Source of the DNA: an uncultured Bacillota bacterium
GTDB taxonomy: Bacteria > Bacillota_I > Bacilli_A > RF39 > UBA660
Direction: 5' to 3'
Length of the DNA: 64,000 bases
Assembly (NCBI GenBank): GCA_947165005.1
Contig: CAMUYN010000002.1
Location: forward strand, 7,420 to 71,419
Shown: piece after piece, positions 8,402 to 18,872 of the stretch
How positions within the stretch are numbered: position 1 is the first letter of the stretch
Layout: each line of letters begins with the position of its first letter
The notes under the pieces: model-generated
Database searches by the model: none
Told to the model about the DNA's origin: nothing
What the model saw: only the letters and a program-made list of their open reading frames with translations
Position numbers and translations under genes: made by a program

Positions 8402-9496
8402 ATGTTTGATAAAGCTATTGAAGTATTAAAAATAATAGAAAAAAAGGGCTTTAAAGCATATATAGTTGGAGGATATGTTAGAGATATTTATTTATCTTTA
8501 AATGCCTCTGATATCGATATTGCAACATCTGCTACTCCTAAAGATTTAGTTAAAATATTTAAAAAAAATATAATTATTGATGAAAAATATGGTTCTACTA
8601 AATTAAAATATAAAAACACTTGTTTTGATATAACTACTTTTAGAAGAGATATTAAGTATAAAGACAATAGAAAACCTACTGAAATAGAATATGTAGATAC
8701 TATAGGTGAAGATCTAAATAGAAGAGATTTTACTATAAATACTATGTGTATGGATAAAGATGGTAATATAATTGATGTACTTAATGCTAAAAAAGATATA
8801 AATAATAAAATAATAAAATGCGTTGGAAATGCTAATGAAAAACTATCTGAAGATGCTTTAAGAATATTAAGAGCCGTTAGATTTGCAACAATATTAAATT
8901 TTAAATTAGATAGAGAATTAGAACATGCTATAAAAAAGAATTTAGCTAATCTAAAAGAATTATCTTTTCATAGAAAAAAGGAAGAATTAAACTATATCTT
9001 TAGATCAAGTAATTATGAATATGGTATTTTTCTAATACATAAGTATAGATTAGATAGATACCTAGAAATATCCAAATTAAGAAAAGTAAAACAGACCTCA
9101 GACGTTTTAGGAATGTGGGCTCAAATTGATTATAGTGAAGATTATCCTTTTTCTAGATTAGAAAAAGAAACTATTAGTAAAATAAGAGAAATGTTAGTTT
9201 ATAATAAAATTGATAACTATTCTTTGTATAAATATGGTGTATTAATATCATTAACCGTGGGGGAAATACTAGGTATAGATAAGAAGATTATATTAAAAAA
9301 CTATGAAGATTTGATGATTCATTCGGAAAACGATATAGTATTTAATAATCTAGATGTGGCTAAGGTATTAAATGTAGAACCTTCTTATAAAACAAAAGAA
9401 ATACTAAAGGATATAGAATATAAAATATTATCAAATAAATTAAATAATAATGAAAAAGAGTTAAAAGAGTATATAATAAGAAATTATGGAGGATAA
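8402..9496 (+). CDS. cca: CCA-adding tRNA nucleotidyltransferase (poly(A) polymerase head family)
   Basis: GGYVRD...DIDIAT nucleotidyltransferase motif, RRDFTIN, ALRILRAVRF; ATG 8402 after GGAGG. Confidence 0.8.
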   Translation: MFDKAIEVLKIIEKKGFKAYIVGGYVRDIYLSLNASDIDIATSATPKDLVKIFKKNIIIDEKYGSTKLKYKNTCFDITTFRRDIKYKDNRKPTEIEYVDTIGEDLNRRDFTINTMCMDKDGNIIDVLNAKKDINNKIIKCVGNANEKLSEDALRILRAVRFATILNFKLDRELEHAIKKNLANLKELSFHRKKEELNYIFRSSNYEYGIFLIHKYRLDRYLEISKLRKVKQTSDVLGMWAQIDYSEDYPFSRLEKETISKIREMLVYNKIDNYSLYKYGVLISLTVGEILGIDKKIILKNYEDLMIHSENDIVFNNLDVAKVLNVEPSYKTKEILKDIEYKILSNKLNNNEKELKEYIIRNYGG

Positions 9497-9498
9497 TT

Positions 9499-10122
9499 AT
9501 GAATATAAATGATTTAATAAAGGTTAATGATAATTTTATAATACCTAATTATGTAATCAAAAACTATGAAAAATTAGGCCTAGAAGGTTTAGATTTTATA
9601 ATGCTTATTTACTTTATAAATCAAAAAAATATTGTTACTTTTGATGTTAATAAAATAGCAATGGATTTAAATTTAGATTCCTCTAAAGTACTAGAAGTAA
9701 TTAACTCTTTAAATGAGAAAAACTATATTTCTATAGAAATGAAAAAAAACAATGGTGTTATAGAAGAATTCATATCTACAGATTTGTTTTATAATAAGAT
9801 ATCGTCAATGCTAATGGAAAATACAAATAATTCAACTGAAACAGACGTATATTCAATATTTGAAAAAGAATTTGGTAGAACTTTAAGTCCAACAGAATAT
9901 ACATCAATTAATAATTGGATAGAAAATGGAATAAGTGAAGATTTAATAAAAGAAGCATTAAAAGAAGCAATATTATCCGGAGTTCATAATATTAGATATA
10001 TAGATACAATACTATTCAATTGGACTAAAAAGGGATACAAGAAACCAGAAGATGTTAAAAGAAAAAAAGAAGAACCAGATGAAATTATAGAAGTTTATGA
10101 TTATGATTGGTTAAATGAATAA
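9499..10122 (+). CDS. dnaD: DnaD-domain replication initiation/membrane attachment protein
   Basis: C-terminal FEKEFGRTLSPTEYTSINNWIE...IRYIDTILFNWTKKG matches the DnaD/DnaB_2 domain. Confidence 0.7.
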   Translation: MNINDLIKVNDNFIIPNYVIKNYEKLGLEGLDFIMLIYFINQKNIVTFDVNKIAMDLNLDSSKVLEVINSLNEKNYISIEMKKNNGVIEEFISTDLFYNKISSMLMENTNNSTETDVYSIFEKEFGRTLSPTEYTSINNWIENGISEDLIKEALKEAILSGVHNIRYIDTILFNWTKKGYKKPEDVKRKKEEPDEIIEVYDYDWLNE

Positions 10123-10155
10123 ACCTTGCATAGTATATACTATGGAGGTTTTTTT

Positions 10156-10416
10156 ATGGATATATTTTATAAAGAACTAAGACCAAATTATAATGTTATT
10201 GATATAAGAGATAATATTGATTATGAAAAAGGTCATTATATTAATTCAATAAATATTCCATATTTATATTTATTGAATAATCCAGATAGGTATCTATTAA
10301 AGAGTCTAACTTACTATATATATTGCTATAAAGGAAATAGAAGTAAGAAAGTAGTGGAATTACTAAATGCTCTTGGATACAATATTATAAATGTTAAGGA
10401 TGGGTATAAAGAATAA
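10156..10416 (+). CDS. rhodanese-like domain protein
   Basis: VIDIRDNIDYEKGHYINSINIP and active-site-like loop YCYKGNRS; ATG after GGAGG. Confidence 0.7.
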   Translation: MDIFYKELRPNYNVIDIRDNIDYEKGHYINSINIPYLYLLNNPDRYLLKSLTYYIYCYKGNRSKKVVELLNALGYNIINVKDGYKE

Positions 10417-10446
10417 GTTATTTTTTAATAACTTATTTTTTCTTTT
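10412..10446 (+). terminator. Rho-independent terminator
   Basis: AATAAGTTAT / ATAACTTATT 10-bp stem then T-run. Confidence 0.8.
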
Positions 10447-10482
10447 TTAAAAATATAGTATAATATAATAGGAGGAATAGAA

Positions 10483-11043
10483 ATGGGTGAACTAATAAAC
10501 AATATGACAAATTTTATTGGCCAATTTGGATATTTTTCGGGATTCTTATTAGTTTTTCTAGAATCTATGATTCCAATATTGCCATTATCAATATTTGTTG
10601 CAATGAATGTATTTACTTATGGAAACATAGCAGGTTTTATAGTGTCATATCTTGGATCAGTTTCAGGATGTATATGCGCTTATTTCTTATGTAGTAGATT
10701 TAATAAGTATTTTGAAAAAAAGTATAAAGGAAATAAAAAAGTAAGAGATATAAAAAAGAGATTAAAAAAGATAAAATTACCTACATTAGTAGTACTTTTA
10801 GCTATTCCTTTTACACCAGCGTTTGCTATTAATATTGCTGCTGGATTGACAAACTATGATTTTAAGAGATATTTATTAGCAGTATTTATAGGTAAATTAC
10901 CTATGATATATTTTTGGGCATTTATTGGAGCAAGCTTAAAAGAAAGTTTGACAGACTATACAATATTAATAAAGATAATAGTAATGCTTGTTATAACATA
11001 TTTAGTTAGTATAGTTCTAAATAAGTTTATAAATAATGATTAG
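10483..11043 (+). CDS. DedA-superfamily (TVP38/TMEM64-like) membrane protein
   Basis: About 186 aa, 5-6 TM, central re-entrant-like FTPAFAINIAAGL and GKLP motif typical of VTT/DedA domain. Confidence 0.65.
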   Translation: MGELINNMTNFIGQFGYFSGFLLVFLESMIPILPLSIFVAMNVFTYGNIAGFIVSYLGSVSGCICAYFLCSRFNKYFEKKYKGNKKVRDIKKRLKKIKLPTLVVLLAIPFTPAFAINIAAGLTNYDFKRYLLAVFIGKLPMIYFWAFIGASLKESLTDYTILIKIIVMLVITYLVSIVLNKFINND

Positions 11044-11051
11044 GAGGTTTT

Positions 11052-12125
11052 ATGTTTAATTATATTATAATTGGTATATTAGCAGTTATTTTAGTATTAG
11101 TAATTATTTCATTATTTAAAAACATTAATGAAGGTAAAATAACAGAAAGATTAGGTAATTTGGAGAATAAAGTTACGAAGGAACTGGGTGAATTTAAAAC
11201 TGATATCACAAGAAACTTAAATGATGACTTTATTAAACAGAGTGAAAGAATGGATAACAGACTAAATCTTATTAATGATAGAGTAAACGAAAGACTAGAT
11301 GAGAACTTTGAAAAAACTAATAAAACATTTAATAATGTATTAGAAAAACTAGCTAAAATAGATGAAGCTCAAAAGAAAATAGATAGTCTATCAGGGGATA
11401 TAGTATCTCTTCAAGGAATATTAACTGATAAAAAGAGTAGAGGTATATTTGGAGAAGTTAATTTAACTCATATTCTTACTTCTGTGTTTGGTGAAAAGAA
11501 TGATAAGGTATATCAGTTACAATATACTTTTGATAATGGTACTATTGTTGATGCAGTACTATTTGCACCAGAACCTCTAGGTACAATAGGGATAGACTCA
11601 AAGTTTCCACTTGAAAACTATAGAATAATGGTAGATAAGAACCAAGATAAACTATCTAGAGAAGCAGCAGCTAAATTATTTAAAAATGATGTTAAAAAGC
11701 ATATAGACGCGATAGCTTCTAAATATATAATTCCAGGATTAACATCCGATCAAGCAATAATGTTTTTACCGGCAGAAGCTATATTCGCAGAACTTAATGC
11801 ATATCATGATGATATTATTGAATATGCTTATAAAAAGAGGGTATGGATTACATCTCCAACTACTTTAATGAGTACTTTAACTACAATAGAAGTAATAATA
11901 AAGAATCAAGAAAGAGATAAATACGCTAAGATAATTCAAGAAGAATTACAAAAATTATCTATTGAATTCTCTAGATATAGAGATAGATGGGATAAACTAT
12001 CTAGATCTATTGAAACAGTCAATAAAGATGTACTTGATATTCATACTACCACAGAAAAAATATCAAAGAGATTTGACAGTATTAATAAAGTAGATATAGA
12101 AGAAATAGAAATGAAAGAAGAATAA
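11052..12125 (+). CDS. rmuC: DNA recombination protein RmuC
   Basis: N-terminal TM, coiled coil, then SRGIFGE...VDAVLF...IDSKFPLENY...FLPAEAIF signature of RmuC. Confidence 0.85.
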   Translation: MFNYIIIGILAVILVLVIISLFKNINEGKITERLGNLENKVTKELGEFKTDITRNLNDDFIKQSERMDNRLNLINDRVNERLDENFEKTNKTFNNVLEKLAKIDEAQKKIDSLSGDIVSLQGILTDKKSRGIFGEVNLTHILTSVFGEKNDKVYQLQYTFDNGTIVDAVLFAPEPLGTIGIDSKFPLENYRIMVDKNQDKLSREAAAKLFKNDVKKHIDAIASKYIIPGLTSDQAIMFLPAEAIFAELNAYHDDIIEYAYKKRVWITSPTTLMSTLTTIEVIIKNQERDKYAKIIQEELQKLSIEFSRYRDRWDKLSRSIETVNKDVLDIHTTTEKISKRFDSINKVDIEEIEMKEE

Positions 12126-12166
12126 TTATTCTTCTTTTTATGTTATAATATTTTTAGGTGATTTAA

Positions 12167-12721
12167 ATGATATATATAACTAGACATGGACAAACTGATT
12201 GGAATGTTCAAAAGAAAGTGATGGGTAGATGCGATGAACCATTAAATGAAACAGGTTTATCTCAAGCAGAAGAAACAAGAGTTAAATTATTAGATACAGA
12301 TATAGATTTAATAATATGTTCACCATTATTAAGAGCAAAGAAAACTGCAGAAATAATTAATAAAGATAGAAATATAGATATAATATATGATGATAGAATT
12401 ATTGAAAGAGATTTTGGTGAATTAGAAGGTCTTCAAACCAAAGAATTTGATTTTGATGGCTACTGGGATTATTATAAAAATATACAATATGAAAGAGCAG
12501 AAAATATCCAAGTATTCTTTAAAAGAATATATGAATTCTTAGATGATATAACAGAAAAATATAAAGATAAAAATGTTTTATTAGTAGCACATGGTGGAGT
12601 GAGTATTCCTGTGGAATGTTATTTTGCTAAAAATATTCCAGAAGGATCACTAGTAGCAGCAGGATTAGTACTAGGTAATTGCGAAGTTAGGAAATATTCA
12701 AAGAGCATGAAACTTGAATAA
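12167..12721 (+). CDS. histidine phosphatase family protein (phosphoglycerate mutase-like)
   Basis: N-terminal RHGQTDWN catalytic motif, SPLLRAKKTAE, VAHGG. Confidence 0.8.
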   Translation: MIYITRHGQTDWNVQKKVMGRCDEPLNETGLSQAEETRVKLLDTDIDLIICSPLLRAKKTAEIINKDRNIDIIYDDRIIERDFGELEGLQTKEFDFDGYWDYYKNIQYERAENIQVFFKRIYEFLDDITEKYKDKNVLLVAHGGVSIPVECYFAKNIPEGSLVAAGLVLGNCEVRKYSKSMKLE

Positions 12722-12823
12722 TTAATCATTTATGTTACTATGTATGTAATGAAGGAAACTTCATCCAATATAATCACATCGAACAAATGCACTATAAACA
12801 ATACTTTATACGCATTTAAAATA

Positions 12824-12852
12824 AAAAAAGAACTCAAATAAGTTCTTTTTAT
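12824..12852. terminator. bidirectional terminator between convergent genes
   Basis: A-run, AGAACT-CAAATA-AGTTCT hairpin, T-run. Confidence 0.7.
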
Positions 12853-13658
12853 TATAGGAATAATAATACTAATAAGCCTACTATTAAACAATAAATTGAG
12901 AAATAAATTAGTTTACCTTTAACTACTATTTTTCTAAACCATTTAGTTACTAAGAATGTAGCAACTCCAGCGATTATAGTAGCAAGCGCATAGAATATAA
13001 TTAAATCTTTAGATATAGTTATATCTGTTAATTCTAGTGCCATAGCTGCTAGTGATAAAGGTATATAAAGCATAAATGAATATTTAAATGCTGTATCCCT
13101 TTTTAATCCAGCAGTCATACCTCCAACTATTGTAGATCCACTTCTACTTATACCTGGAAATAATCCAAGTATTTGGAAACAACCTACTACTACTGCTTCC
13201 TTTATTCCTAATTTGCTATCATCTTTTTGTCCATTGAAGTTTCTAACTATAAATAGTAATACTGAAGTTATTATTAAAGAAATACCTACTATTTTAATAT
13301 TGTTTTCTATTTTTTCAAACAGATCTAATTTGCTTACTACTAATCCCATTAAACCAGCTGGTATACAACCAAGTACTATCATCCAGCAGTAATTAAAATC
13401 AGTTTTTAAAGTAGAATCTTTAGTCTTAATATATTTAAAGAAATTTTTTATTAATTTTAATAAATCGTTTCTGAATAAAACTATTATAGCTATTAGAGAA
13501 CCAAAATTAGTCATAATTGCTATAGAACTATAATCTATATTTAATTCACTAAATCTCTCTATTAGATTTTGAAAAATCATCAAATGACCACTAGATGAAA
13601 CTGGTATTGTTTCAGTTAACCCTTGTATTAATCCTAAAATTATATATATTATCAACAT
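12852..13658 (-). CDS. uppP: undecaprenyl-diphosphate phosphatase
   Basis: PVSSSGH near N-terminus and PGISRSG motif; 8 TM, about 268 aa. Confidence 0.9.
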   Translation of the reverse strand: MLIIYIILGLIQGLTETIPVSSSGHLMIFQNLIERFSELNIDYSSIAIMTNFGSLIAIIVLFRNDLLKLIKNFFKYIKTKDSTLKTDFNYCWMIVLGCIPAGLMGLVVSKLDLFEKIENNIKIVGISLIITSVLLFIVRNFNGQKDDSKLGIKEAVVVGCFQILGLFPGISRSGSTIVGGMTAGLKRDTAFKYSFMLYIPLSLAAMALELTDITISKDLIIFYALATIIAGVATFLVTKWFRKIVVKGKLIYFSIYCLIVGLLVLLFL

Positions 13659-13727
13659 ATTATCAACTCCTAGTATAATTATATAATATTTTTTTGAATT
13701 AATAAATAAAATATTATAGGTGATTCC

Positions 13728-13946
13728 ATGTTTTTTAGAAGTTTCTTATTTTTATTTGGATTTGGGTTAAGTGTCATTAGTTTTTCATATATAATTATTT
13801 ACTTAAATTTATTAACTATAGGGTATAATTTTTTTGATTATGTTCATTTTATTATTAGAAGGATTGAATGTTTAAATGTATTATTTGGAATTACATTAGT
13901 TATAATATCTTTAATTAATGGAGGAAAAAATGAACTATGTTTTTGA
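13728..13946 (+). CDS. small membrane protein (72 aa, 2 TM), hypothetical
   Basis: AGGTGA SD before ATG; two hydrophobic helices; overlaps next gene. Confidence 0.4.
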   Translation: MFFRSFLFLFGFGLSVISFSYIIIYLNLLTIGYNFFDYVHFIIRRIECLNVLFGITLVIISLINGGKNELCF

Positions 13947-14565
13947 TGTTTGTTTAAATTTTAATAAAGAATTATATAATTTTTATGAATGGAATAAGAA
14001 TGATAGAGTGGTATATTTTTTAAAAATACCTGTATTTAAAATAGAAGAAGAATTAATGAATGATTTTATAAAAAATGATATTAAAGTAGATAATCACTTC
14101 TTAAAAAGAATATATAATAAGAGTCAGATTTATTTAAAAAAGAGTAATAAATATAATGATTATTCTTGCATAATAACAACTAATAAAAAAACTATTGGTC
14201 TCATTTTTGATAAAAATGGTTATATAATTGGGAGAAGTTATTTGAGTTTAGAGGAAGAAGATGAAGTGACTGAATTTTCTAAATTTATTAAATACACATT
14301 GATAAATTATAAAGTAATTAGCCAAAGCAAAAATAAGGAAAACTATTTAACAAGAAAAGAACAGGAGGATATAAAAACATTAAAGAATCATATAAAAACA
14401 TTATTTGATAATAAAAAGGTTGAAGAATTAAAATATATTCATTATGAAATATTCAATGAATTGGAAGATGATTATATAAGAATTAAATCTAAATTAGATA
14501 ATATATTATCTATGAATGATCAAAAAAGGGAAAAATTATTGGAAATAATTAAATATGTTTATTAA
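13930..14565 (+). CDS. hypothetical cytoplasmic protein
   Basis: ATG 13930 preceded by GGAGG (13918 alternative); Lys/Glu/Asn-rich, no family recognised. Confidence 0.5.
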   Translation: MNYVFDVCLNFNKELYNFYEWNKNDRVVYFLKIPVFKIEEELMNDFIKNDIKVDNHFLKRIYNKSQIYLKKSNKYNDYSCIITTNKKTIGLIFDKNGYIIGRSYLSLEEEDEVTEFSKFIKYTLINYKVISQSKNKENYLTRKEQEDIKTLKNHIKTLFDNKKVEELKYIHYEIFNELEDDYIRIKSKLDNILSMNDQKREKLLEIIKYVY

Positions 14566-14571
14566 TATTTT

Positions 14572-14596
14572 AAAGCACTAATTGTGCTTTTTTTGT
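14572..14596 (+). terminator. Rho-independent terminator
   Basis: AAAGCAC-TAATT-GTGCTTT hairpin then T-run. Confidence 0.8.
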
Positions 14597-14662
14597 TGCA
14601 TTTTTATTAAATAAATGATTTAATTATATATAGAATAGATAATACTCAAATAGGAGGTATTT

Positions 14663-17600
14663 ATGAATAAGAATTTGAAGAGGACTATTTTAATAGTTGC
14701 AATAATTGTATCGGTTGCAATAGTATTTGTACCAATATATTTTTTTGTATTAGCCGATTCTGGTGATGACAACAAATTTAGTGTTACTAATACAAAGATA
14801 ATTAGTATGATAGATGGTACTAGCTCATTTGATGAAAATGATACAGATGCAGGAAATGATAGCTCTGGTAGCAATAAGAGAGTTAGAACTTTCGATAGAA
14901 TAAATTATACAGTAGCTTATACTTTAACAGTTAAGAATAATGATACTGTTTCTGAAGATGGTAGAAATCTATTAGTTGAAGTTTTAATTCCAACTACATA
15001 TAGTGCGTCATTAGATTATAATGAATCATCAACTACTATGGATGATAGAATAGATGCATCTAATATAGTTAATATTGGTGGAACTGATTACTACTATGGT
15101 AGCTTTAGTGTACCAACTCATTTATTAGGTGAACAAGAAACATTTGATTTTTCATTAAGCAATATTAATTCTAGCGATATTTCAAATTATAATACAATTA
15201 AACCATTAGTATTTATAAAAGAGTCTACAGACCAAGATACTCCAAGTATTAAAGATAATACTTCTCGTTCAGATATAACTTGTGAACTAGAAAATAATGA
15301 TAATGATTGTAATGTAACATTAACAGGAAAAGAAGAATATTTTGTTAATATGTATTCTGGAAGCAAAGAAGGAAATACAGTTTCAGTAGGATTAATGCTT
15401 GGTTTAAGAAATCAAGGTTCAGGAAAAGGCATTAAAGGTTTGATTATTCCAAGTTCAGTTAATTTTACTATTACTAATTCTGATGCGAGCTTATTAAGCT
15501 TTGATAGCGATTCTGAGCATCCATATAAAAGATATTCTGCTGTTGGTGATGTTAAAATTACTACAAATGGAGTAGATGAATTACCTGAAGTAAATAGTGG
15601 TTCAGGAAACGGAACAATTTCAGGAAGTATTAATAATAATGTACTTACTATAAGTTTGAGTGATATAAAAGATTATTTTGTTACATCAGCTAGCAATTTA
15701 GTTGGAGAACCATATTATTTTTCAACTAATTATTTCACAGTTACTTTTGCTAATAGAGCAGAAGGTGATTATGCAGATAGAACTATAAATCTAACTAGCA
15801 GTGTTAATAATAATTCTAATACTGCTTCAGTATTACAATTAAGAGATTCATATGAATATATATTAGGAAATTATTCATCAAGTATAGATGTATATGAAAG
15901 TAATCTAACTACTGAAGATTTAGCTAAGTTAGATTATGGTAAAGCAAACATAAATTATGGTGGAAATTTCACATTAAAGACTGAATTTACTTATAATAAT
16001 AGAACAGATTCTTTAGGAAGAGAATTAACTAGTTTAACTAATTATGTAAAAATTGATAATTCAATAATTACATTACATAATAATCCTAAGAATAATAAAA
16101 GTTATGATTTTAATGCAGTTGAAACTTCTTCTGTTCCATCTATAAAAATAGATTCAAATGATAATAATCAAAAAGTATATTTTGGATTTGGAGAATGGAA
16201 TAGTGATTATTTTGAATTAGCATCTAATGCACCTTCAGGTTGTCCAAATTCAATAGATTCACTTACTAAAGATAATTTAATGAATTTATATGGTGGACCA
16301 TGTATAGTTGAAAAGAATACACTTAAATGGGCATATTCACCAGAATCAAAAAATGATATAAATGGAGAACCTATTGCATCAACTAAAGGACCACTAATTG
16401 TTAAATCAACATATATTGCATATAATGATAATTCAAAAATCGGTTTATCTTCTGGTGGAACATTAGAATTATATGGTTATGTAAATGACTATTCAAATGT
16501 ACCAGCTACTGCAAGTAAGATAGTTACTTGTGCAACAGCATATGGAAAAGATAATAATGATTTTAGATATTTAGGAGATCAATATAATGATGGAGAGGCA
16601 CTATTAAAGAGTGTACATAACTTTGAAAAAACAGCATATAGTTTTGATAACAAGAGCTTAATAACTTTAAATAATACATTATGTAATACACAAAAATGTC
16701 CTGTATCAGGAAATACAATTCTAGCTTCAGGAATTAAGGTTACAAAACCAACTATTAAAGCGTATGATGTAGGTGATTTAAATAATCCTGAGGATAAATT
16801 CTATACTTATCCACTTGCAATAAAAATCAATGGTTCAGCTAAGAAATCAACTACTGATGATAATGTAAGATTTGATTCTGCATATATTGATATATATCTG
16901 CCTGCATACATGGTTTTAGAAGAAAACTTCGGAGTAGAAAATGAAAAGATACCTACTGCTATTGATAATACATCTCTAGAAAATATATATATGCTATTTG
17001 GTAAAGGTACTCCAGCATCAAATGTTAATTATAAAGTATATCATTATACTATAGCATCTGGAGTAGATGGAATTACTGAAGAGGAAATCAATAATTTAAA
17101 TAGAGGAATAATTAATAATTTTACAACTTACTATAATATAGATTTTACTTCTACACCTAATGGAGTAAATCCAGAAATATTTGCAACAATAGACTTTAAA
17201 GCAACTGAATATGTTCATGAAGATGGTGGAATAAGAACAGTTGAATTAAACTCTATAACACCAAATATAGAAAGAACAGAAGTGTTAAATAATATAACAT
17301 TATATAATTCATCAGCAGTAGTAACAAATGGATCTTCTAGTCCTAAGAATATTGAAAAGAATGGAAGCTATACATTTAACATGATTTCATATAATCATTC
17401 AAATGGAATGGCAGAAGATGAATCTGGATATAATTATCCAACTGCAGATTTATACTATGTATTACCATATAATGGCGATACTGATAATGGTTCTAAGATA
17501 GGATCAACAAAATATAAAGTTAATTTCACTAGTGAATCAATTAATGCTATTGCAGATAGAAATGATTATAAATTCTATTATGCAACTAGCGGAGTTCCAG

Positions 17601-18871
17601 CAAATATAATATCAGATGAAATAAAGACTACTAGTGATCCATCTGCAATATGGAATTTATGGACAGATCCAACATCACCTGTTTCAAATGTAATTGCAAT
17701 AAAAGTAGTTAAACAATCTCCATTTATGGTTGATACATATTTTGGATCTAGTACAGGATTAACAGTAAATGTTGAAACAGTTGATTCAAATGATGGTAAT
17801 ACTTTCTACAATGTATTCCATTTATTAGCAACAAAACCAAACAATTATGTTTGTGAAACAAATGAAGATGATTCATGTACAGAAGTAATGAAGACAAAAG
17901 CTAATTATGTTTCTTCTGCATCATTAACATCAATATATTCAAGAGAAATATCTGGATTTGTATTTGAGGATTCAGATTATAACGGAATCTATACAAGTGA
18001 AGAATCAAGATTAAAAGATATACCAGTTTCATTATATAAAATAGATACTTTACCAGAAGGAACTATTGATCCATATAATCCAACTACATTTGTAAATGAA
18101 AATGATAAATTAATTGGTTCAACAGTAACTGGAGAAAATGGTAATTACTATTTTGGCGGATTAACAAGCGGTTATTATTATGTAAGTTATACAATTAATG
18201 ATGAAAAATATGTAGTAACTGGTATAAGAAAAACAGATTCATCAATTCCAGATTCAAGTGCAAATAATTCATCTGGAGCATTATTACCAGATACTAATAA
18301 AGCTATTTCTGAATTAATTGAATTACCTGCAAATAAAACTACTAAGATAAATGATATGAATTTAGGATTAAATGTTAAGAAAGAAATGGCAATTTCATTA
18401 AATAAATATATTACTGAAGTAACTGTTACTAAAAATGGTAAGGTTGATACTTATGATTATTCAAATAAGAATTTAAATCAAGTAACAATATCAGTAATTA
18501 ATCCAAAAGATACTAAAGTAAGAGTTAAATACTCATTTGTAGTAGAAAATACTAAATACTATCCAGGTTATATTGGTATGATAGTAGATAGTATGCCTAA
18601 GGATATGACATTTAACCCAGATATAGAAGAAAATAAATCATGGGTAATGTATGATAATTTCGTATATTATAATGGTTTATCTGGTAAATTATTATTGCCA
18701 AATGAAAAACAATATTTCTCATTAGTACTTGATTTAGACTTAAAAGAAGCAGGTACATATAGAAACGTTGTTAGTGTCAGAGATCTAACACTAATGGGTG
18801 AAGATTTACCAATATATGACTTTGCGGGATTAAACAAATCAAGCATTAAAAATACTGAAGGAGGTGAGTAA
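14663..18871 (+). CDS. giant cell-surface protein (1402 aa) with N-terminal signal-anchor, SdrD/Cna-B-like domain and DUF11-like C-terminal domain
   Basis: AGGAGG SD; N-terminal TM; ISGFVFEDSDYNGIY...GENGNYYFGGLTSGYYYVSY resembles SD-repeat B-type domain; C-terminal VRVKYSFVVENT...IVDSMPKDMTF resembles DUF11 repeat; no C-terminal anchor. Confidence 0.75.
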   Translation: MNKNLKRTILIVAIIVSVAIVFVPIYFFVLADSGDDNKFSVTNTKIISMIDGTSSFDENDTDAGNDSSGSNKRVRTFDRINYTVAYTLTVKNNDTVSEDGRNLLVEVLIPTTYSASLDYNESSTTMDDRIDASNIVNIGGTDYYYGSFSVPTHLLGEQETFDFSLSNINSSDISNYNTIKPLVFIKESTDQDTPSIKDNTSRSDITCELENNDNDCNVTLTGKEEYFVNMYSGSKEGNTVSVGLMLGLRNQGSGKGIKGLIIPSSVNFTITNSDASLLSFDSDSEHPYKRYSAVGDVKITTNGVDELPEVNSGSGNGTISGSINNNVLTISLSDIKDYFVTSASNLVGEPYYFSTNYFTVTFANRAEGDYADRTINLTSSVNNNSNTASVLQLRDSYEYILGNYSSSIDVYESNLTTEDLAKLDYGKANINYGGNFTLKTEFTYNNRTDSLGRELTSLTNYVKIDNSIITLHNNPKNNKSYDFNAVETSSVPSIKIDSNDNNQKVYFGFGEWNSDYFELASNAPSGCPNSIDSLTKDNLMNLYGGPCIVEKNTLKWAYSPESKNDINGEPIASTKGPLIVKSTYIAYNDNSKIGLSSGGTLELYGYVNDYSNVPATASKIVTCATAYGKDNNDFRYLGDQYNDGEALLKSVHNFEKTAYSFDNKSLITLNNTLCNTQKCPVSGNTILASGIKVTKPTIKAYDVGDLNNPEDKFYTYPLAIKINGSAKKSTTDDNVRFDSAYIDIYLPAYMVLEENFGVENEKIPTAIDNTSLENIYMLFGKGTPASNVNYKVYHYTIASGVDGITEEEINNLNRGIINNFTTYYNIDFTSTPNGVNPEIFATIDFKATEYVHEDGGIRTVELNSITPNIERTEVLNNITLYNSSAVVTNGSSSPKNIEKNGSYTFNMISYNHSNGMAEDESGYNYPTADLYYVLPYNGDTDNGSKIGSTKYKVNFTSESINAIADRNDYKFYYATSGVPANIISDEIKTTSDPSAIWNLWTDPTSPVSNVIAIKVVKQSPFMVDTYFGSSTGLTVNVETVDSNDGNTFYNVFHLLATKPNNYVCETNEDDSCTEVMKTKANYVSSASLTSIYSREISGFVFEDSDYNGIYTSEESRLKDIPVSLYKIDTLPEGTIDPYNPTTFVNENDKLIGSTVTGENGNYYFGGLTSGYYYVSYTINDEKYVVTGIRKTDSSIPDSSANNSSGALLPDTNKAISELIELPANKTTKINDMNLGLNVKKEMAISLNKYITEVTVTKNGKVDTYDYSNKNLNQVTISVINPKDTKVRVKYSFVVENTKYYPGYIGMIVDSMPKDMTFNPDIEENKSWVMYDNFVYYNGLSGKLLLPNEKQYFSLVLDLDLKEAGTYRNVVSVRDLTLMGEDLPIYDFAGLNKSSIKNTEGGE

Positions 18872-18872
18872 T

